64,000 bases of DNA from Microcoleaceae cyanobacterium. Lineage in GTDB: Bacteria; Cyanobacteriota; Cyanobacteriia; Cyanobacteriales; Microcoleaceae. The notes beneath the pieces were generated by a model, which saw only the letters and a list, made by a program, of their open reading frames with translations, searched no databases and had not been told where the DNA came from. Location of the stretch: NCBI GenBank assembly GCA_051652765.1, contig JBOFUV010000148.1, positions 32,001-96,000 on the forward strand. The letters run 5' to 3'. The position numbers were made by a program, and so were the translations under genes. Positions 58,913-64,000 of the stretch are shown here, piece by piece (positions within the stretch are counted from its first letter, which is position 1; every line of letters starts with the position of its first letter).

Positions 58913-59809
58913 CTAAGTTTCAGCAGTAGAATGATCATGAATTGCGATCAACTCTTCAACATCATTCTGTAAGCTCTGATAAATTTTATCTAATGGAATA
59001 TCATTGTAATCATAGCCAAAAGGATTTTCAATTTCTAATCCAATCGCTTCAATTCCCAAGAGCGCAAATGTAATAATTCCCACTGCAATGATACTTCCCC
59101 AACGCAAGTCTTGAACGAATTGAAAAGGCAATGCCAAACAATACAAGCCCAATAAATGCTTTAAATGAGTTGCATAGGCTTTAGGCATAGGAGTATTGAT
59201 AATCCGTTCACAACCCGTCAGACAATCTACCATTTCATCGATAGAGTCATTGTAATTTGCAAGCTGTACCGTATCAATGAGATTTTGTTGGTAAAGCTGA
59301 TTCAAATAATCGCTAATCCATTTCGCAATCCTGAGTGGGCGATGAGTCAATGGCATCAGTTCCTGGCATTGTTCAGCAGACAAAAGAGACTGTAACCGTT
59401 GGTCAACGGGCTCCTTTCGCAGATGTAAAACTCCTGCCCAAAAAAAAGCCGGAATCAATCTCAAGCCTTGGTGTTTTTCTTGAATCATTGTAGAGGTTTT
59501 CTCTGGAATATTGACAAAAATTCGTCGTCCCAAGTTTCTCCCAAGAATTAAGATCTTCCCGACCAGTTTACGGCCCTCCCAAAACCGTTCGTAGGCAGTA
59601 TTTGTTCGAAATACCAACAGTAAACCCAACACAATCCCAGGAATTAAAGTTCCTAGAACAGGTTGGTGAATGACTGGAAAGCGATCATAGGTTAGCTTGA
59701 TGATCAATGAGAACATCATACTTGCAACAACCGGAATCTTAATCCGATCAACGATAGATCCTCGCAGATCTAAGGCGGCTTTAAACCAGTTCTCGTATTT
59801 TGAACTCAT
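58913..59809 (-). CDS. Bestrophin family ion channel
   Basis: LLVFRTNTAYERFWEGR, CERI..TP.P, EIENPFG.D.ND. Confidence 0.93.
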   Translation of the reverse strand: MSSKYENWFKAALDLRGSIVDRIKIPVVASMMFSLIIKLTYDRFPVIHQPVLGTLIPGIVLGLLLVFRTNTAYERFWEGRKLVGKILILGRNLGRRIFVNIPEKTSTMIQEKHQGLRLIPAFFWAGVLHLRKEPVDQRLQSLLSAEQCQELMPLTHRPLRIAKWISDYLNQLYQQNLIDTVQLANYNDSIDEMVDCLTGCERIINTPMPKAYATHLKHLLGLYCLALPFQFVQDLRWGSIIAVGIITFALLGIEAIGLEIENPFGYDYNDIPLDKIYQSLQNDVEELIAIHDHSTAET

Positions 59810-59975
59810 GGGGGTTTATATCCTTTAAACACTTTTCAATCAATGGACATTAACCCTTGCTACAGCTTGTTACTACAGTCTATTACAACAGCCTGTGTAA
59901 CGGTTTTTTACGACCGCTACGGCCAGGAACAATATCAGTGATAGGATGCCCTAAAAAGCGTTGAGATATTTTTCT

Positions 59976-60404
59976 ATGGTAGAAGAACTGACTGGCAAAG
60001 CTCCAATCTTCGGTGGCAGCACCGGAGGGTTGCTCACAAAGGCAGAAGTAGAAGAAAAATATGCGATCACCTGGACAAGTTCTAAGGAGCAAGTCTTTGA
60101 AATGCCCACAGGTGGAGCAGCGATTATGAATGAAGGTGAAAACCTAATGTATCTGGCTCGCAAAGAGCAATGTTTGGCCTTGGGGATTCAATTGCGGGCA
60201 AAATTCAAGCCAAAAATCGAAGATTACAAAATCTATCGGGTTTTTCCAAATGGAGAAACTGAGTACCTGCATCCCAAGGATGGCGTATTCCCTGAGAAGG
60301 TTAACGAAGGCCGTGAAGCTGTTGGCAAGATCGAACACAACATTGGAGCCAATGTTGATCCAGCCAAGGTGAAGTTCAGCGGCAAAGCGACCTACGAAGT
60401 TTAG
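59976..60404 (+). CDS. psaD: Photosystem I reaction center subunit II
   Basis: [38 protein letters not shown]. Confidence 0.98.
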   Translation: MVEELTGKAPIFGGSTGGLLTKAEVEEKYAITWTSSKEQVFEMPTGGAAIMNEGENLMYLARKEQCLALGIQLRAKFKPKIEDYKIYRVFPNGETEYLHPKDGVFPEKVNEGREAVGKIEHNIGANVDPAKVKFSGKATYEV

Positions 60405-60631
60405 AATGCTCTCTGGATTCAACTCGATAAAGATCTGGTTTTTGACTGCCTAGGCGTGATGTCAGTCTGATTTAAAAGTTCTGATTTAAAAGTTATGAAC
60501 TTGTAGAGCAAGTATCTTGTCTGGCCCAGTCAAAAATTTGACGAGCTGAAATTGCAAGATACTGACTCCCTGGTTCCTGGCAAACCATCTAGGACAACTA
60601 TCTGACTCTAAAATGACCGGGTTCTAAACTG

Positions 60632-60670
60632 AAGGATGAAGGGGCTTGCTGATCCTTCATCCTTTTTATT
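60632..60670 (+). terminator. Terminator-like hairpin with a T-tract, just upstream of trpE
   Basis: AAGGATGAAGG-N11-CCTTCATCCTT followed by TTTATT. Confidence 0.55.
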
Positions 60671-60685
60671 CTTTCAATCACTGAA

Positions 60686-62233
60686 ATGACATTTCCTGAT
60701 TTCTCCCAATTTACTCAACTGGCAAATCAAGGCAACTTTGTTCCTGTTTATCAGGAATGGATTGCCGATCTCGATACACCCGTCTCAGCTTGGTATCGGG
60801 TCTGTGCCGGTCAACCCTACAGTTTTTTATTGGAATCGGTCGAGGGGGGAGAACAAATTGGGCGGTATAGTTTTTTGGGATGTGATCCCCTGTGGATTCT
60901 AGAAGCACGAGGCGATCGCACACTTCAGACCTATCGAGACGGCACCGTCAGAACGTTTCAGGGAGATCCGTTTCAAGCCCTGAGTGAGTGTTTGGCTCCT
61001 TATCATCCCGTCAGACTGCCCCAGCTTCCCGGTGGAATTGGTGGATTGTTTGGCTTTTGGGGCTATGAACTCATTCGCTGGATTGAGCCTCGAGTGCCTG
61101 TGCATCCAGCAACTGATGCGGACTTACCCGATGGACTCTGGATGCAGGTCGATAACTTGTTAGTGTTTGACCAAGTCAAGCGGAAAATTTGGGCGATCGC
61201 CTATGGGGATTTGCGTCAGGGAGATTTGCAAACGGCCTATCAACAAGCCTGCAATCAAGTTCATCACCTAATACAAAAGCTGCAATCACCCCTCTCCCGG
61301 CAAAGTACTTTGTTAGAATGGCGGCCCCCCAGTTATTCAACCTCCCCTTCGGTAGCCTCAACTGAGCTGCCAGACGGTTATAACAGCAACATTTCCCGTG
61401 AGCGGTTCTATGCCAATGTAGAGCGGGCAAAAAAACACATTCGAGCGGGGGATATCTTCCAAGTTGTATTGTCGCAACGGCTCTCTGTCCAATATACAGG
61501 TGACCCCTTTGGTCTCTATCGGTCTCTGCGGCTGGTCAATCCCTCTCCCTACATGGCTTACTTTAACTTTGACAACTGGCAAATGATTGGCTCTAGTCCG
61601 GAGGTGATGGTGAAAGCAGAAAAAACCCCAGAAGGGACAACTCTGGCAACCGTCAGACCCATCGCTGGAACCCGCCCTCGTGGTCAAACGGTTACTGAGG
61701 ATGCTGCCTTGGCCCAAGAGCTGCTGCACGATCCAAAGGAGGTTGCAGAACATATTATGTTGGTTGACTTGGGCCGGAATGACTTGGGCAGAGTCTGTCG
61801 GAGTGGGACAGTCAGAGTTGATCAACTGATGGTGATTGAGCGCTATTCCCATGTCATGCATATTGTGAGTAACGTTGTGGGAGAATTAGCCCAGGGAAAA
61901 TTTGCATGGGAACTGCTAAAGGCATGTTTTCCTGCTGGAACAGTGAGTGGCGCACCCAAAATTCGAGCAATGGAAATCATTCACGAACTCGAAGGCTGCC
62001 GTCGAGGGCCTTACTCAGGGGTTTATGGGTATTATGATTTTGAAGGGCAACTGAATAGTGCGATTACCATTAGAACGATGATTGTACGCGACTGCGACAA
62101 TGGAGAGCATTCCGTAACCGTTCAGGCTGGGGCAGGGCTGGTTGCAGATTCTCAACCCGAGCGGGAGTATGAAGAAACACTCAATAAAGCGCGAGGATTG
62201 TTGGAAGCCATCCGGTGTCTAAAACCAGATTAA
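60686..62233 (+). CDS. trpE: Anthranilate synthase component I
   Basis: FLLESVEGG, GDIFQVVLS, NPSPY, PIAGT, FPAGTVSGAPK. Confidence 0.97.
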   Translation: MTFPDFSQFTQLANQGNFVPVYQEWIADLDTPVSAWYRVCAGQPYSFLLESVEGGEQIGRYSFLGCDPLWILEARGDRTLQTYRDGTVRTFQGDPFQALSECLAPYHPVRLPQLPGGIGGLFGFWGYELIRWIEPRVPVHPATDADLPDGLWMQVDNLLVFDQVKRKIWAIAYGDLRQGDLQTAYQQACNQVHHLIQKLQSPLSRQSTLLEWRPPSYSTSPSVASTELPDGYNSNISRERFYANVERAKKHIRAGDIFQVVLSQRLSVQYTGDPFGLYRSLRLVNPSPYMAYFNFDNWQMIGSSPEVMVKAEKTPEGTTLATVRPIAGTRPRGQTVTEDAALAQELLHDPKEVAEHIMLVDLGRNDLGRVCRSGTVRVDQLMVIERYSHVMHIVSNVVGELAQGKFAWELLKACFPAGTVSGAPKIRAMEIIHELEGCRRGPYSGVYGYYDFEGQLNSAITIRTMIVRDCDNGEHSVTVQAGAGLVADSQPEREYEETLNKARGLLEAIRCLKPD

Positions 62234-62312
62234 CCTGTGGAATTGGCGGATGCGATCACTGGGTTCAGAGATTGAACAGTTTGAAACAATCATGAAAATA
62301 ACTGAAAAAGTT

Positions 62313-63197
62313 ATGAACTTTTATATTGTTGATGTTTTTGCAGAAGAAAAATATACTGGAAACCCTCTCGCTGTTGTTTTTGGAGAAGGTGTTGCCTCTC
62401 TTTCTGATGTTGAGATGCAACAAATTGCCCAAGAAATGAACTACTCTGAAACCACTTTTGTTCCCTCCATCCAAACTCAGGACGGGGGCTATGATGTGCG
62501 AATTTTTACCCCTAATAAGGAACTGCCCTTTGCAGGTCATCCAACCATAGGAACCGCTTATATCATCCAGAAAGAATTAACTCAAAAATCCGTTGATCGA
62601 ATCCTTTTAAACCTTGGGGTAGGTCAAATTCCTGTGACTTGGACTCAGGATGAAGACGGAGATGAAGTGTTCTGGATGGAGCAAAATCCCCCTATTTTTT
62701 ATAACACCTTAGACGCTGGAGATCTGGCTAAAGTCTTGAGTTTAAGTCCGTCTGACATTAATACTCAGTTTCCAATTCAAGAAGTTTCAACTGGGGTTCC
62801 GTTTATTATTGTTCCGCTGAAGAGTTTAGAGGCTTTGAAGCGAGCCAAAGTCAACTTAGAGGCTTACCTAAAACTCATTGAAAATACAAATTCTGAAGAA
62901 ATTTTGATTTTCTCCACTGAACCTTATAGCCCTGAAAATCAGATTAGCGCCAGGGTGTTTGCTCCATCCTTAGGAATTCTTGAAGACCCGGCGACTGGAA
63001 GTGCCAACGGATGTTTGGCGGGGTATTTAGTGCAGCATCAGTTTTTTGGAACAGATAAAATTGACATTCAAGTTGAGCAGGGATATGAAATTAATCGTCC
63101 TTCGATTCTCTTCCTGAAAGCTCAAAAAAATGATCAGCAAATTCAAGTACTGGTCGGGGGGAAAGTGATTAGAGTGGCCAAGGGTGAGCTGTTGTAA
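62313..63197 (+). CDS. PhzF family isomerase
   Basis: VDVF...GNP.AV, SETTF, ELPFAGHP, EDPATGSA. Confidence 0.93.
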   Translation: MNFYIVDVFAEEKYTGNPLAVVFGEGVASLSDVEMQQIAQEMNYSETTFVPSIQTQDGGYDVRIFTPNKELPFAGHPTIGTAYIIQKELTQKSVDRILLNLGVGQIPVTWTQDEDGDEVFWMEQNPPIFYNTLDAGDLAKVLSLSPSDINTQFPIQEVSTGVPFIIVPLKSLEALKRAKVNLEAYLKLIENTNSEEILIFSTEPYSPENQISARVFAPSLGILEDPATGSANGCLAGYLVQHQFFGTDKIDIQVEQGYEINRPSILFLKAQKNDQQIQVLVGGKVIRVAKGELL

Positions 63198-63307
63198 GGT
63201 TGTTCCTGTAATTAGGAATTAGGTATGATTAAATAGAAGACTCTCTGTAGTCCCCCTTGGTACAGGTCGGCAAAGGCTTGATGTTCAAATTGATTGGTTC
63301 TACCTAC

Positions 63308-64000
63308 TTATCGATTGCAAAATCGTCGAATGCGTTTACCTGTATTCAAATCCCACACTGTAATATCGTTGCCTGCTCGATTCCCGTTCACCAGAATCTT
63401 AACGTCTGAAGTAAAGGCATGATCGCCCCAACCCGATTTTCCTTCAAGCTGATGAACTTTCGCGCCTGTGGCCAAGTCCCAGAGGGTATAGTTCCCTCGG
63501 CTATCAATGGTGAGGAAGGACTTCCCATTCGGGCTAATATCGATTTCGTTGTAAGGTTCAGTGTTGTTGAATGCTTTAATCTCTGCCCCTGTGATCAGGT
63601 CATATAGGCCCAGCCCCCCCTCTGTCTGGATGAGAACCTGTTTACCATTTGGGGTTCTGGCAAACGGATATTCAATGTAGCTGCCCCTGAGGGTTTGTAG
63701 CTCTGCCCCAGTCGCAATCTCCCGGAACCGCTTCACATCCCCTGCGTTCTGTAGGAGTAACGTTTTATTACCTGCACTGATGGCTAGGGGAGTGTGGCTA
63801 GGATCAGCCTTCATACTCCCGATTTGATTGCCTGTAGCAATTTCCCAAATTTTCACAGTGCCGTCCTTGTCCATACCGGCGAAGACTCCGCCATCTGGAC
63901 TCACTACAAGAGGAAACCGTTGCTGTGCTTGGGTGTTCAGGGTTTTCTTGACTTGACCCGTCGATAACTCCCAGACTTGAATAACACCGCTATTGTCTTG
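63308..64000 (-). CDS. WD40 repeat protein; 5' end lies outside the window
   Basis: Open frame from 64000; repeated SPDG...VKIWE..TG units. Confidence 0.85.
   Translation of the reverse strand, partial: QDNSGVIQVWELSTGQVKKTLNTQAQQRFPLVVSPDGGVFAGMDKDGTVKIWEIATGNQIGSMKADPSHTPLAISAGNKTLLLQNAGDVKRFREIATGAELQTLRGSYIEYPFARTPNGKQVLIQTEGGLGLYDLITGAEIKAFNNTEPYNEIDISPNGKSFLTIDSRGNYTLWDLATGAKVHQLEGKSGWGDHAFTSDVKILVNGNRAGNDITVWDLNTGKRIRRFCNR

Larger units (their letters stand above)
8743..61200. repeat. Dispersed HIP1 octamer GCGATCGC
   Basis: More than 25 copies seen by eye (e.g. 8743, 12653, 18582, 32018, 52093). Confidence 0.9.

Noticed and set aside
60405..60685. Classical trp leader-peptide attenuator
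   Set aside because: The only short ORFs seen have one or no Trp codon and no good RBS.

Overview
Cyanobacterial chromosome segment: the HIP1 octamer GCGATCGC is abundant, and psaD, ycf54, ho1 and bioU are present. About 21-64 kb is mostly housekeeping DNA: msrA, asparaginase, P450, ycf54, pdxJ, comA-like nuclease, cysteine desulfurase, hemL, pilB-pilT-pilC, bioU, mutY, rpsL-rpsG-fusA-tuf-rpsJ, ho1, psaD and trpE. The first ~20 kb is accessory and holds three notable modules. (1) A tyrosine recombinase, a coupled two-gene Panacea-like/DUF488 + partner cassette, and a perfect 14-6-14 bp dif-like palindrome. (2) A compact alginate-like synthase locus: a strong Alg8 homologue with a C-terminal beta-helix, an Alg44-like membrane-fusion protein carrying a degenerate EAL domain where Alg44 has PilZ, and a convergent PL14 lyase lipoprotein. 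(3) A decaying defence island: a type ISP-like methyltransferase frameshifted, interrupted by palindromic inserts and separated from its specificity domain by a vapBC pair, then a DUF433/DUF5615 pair with a deleted toxin and a PLD-Ig-helicase gene with a large in-frame deletion. All family calls come from motif recognition by eye; no database searches were run.
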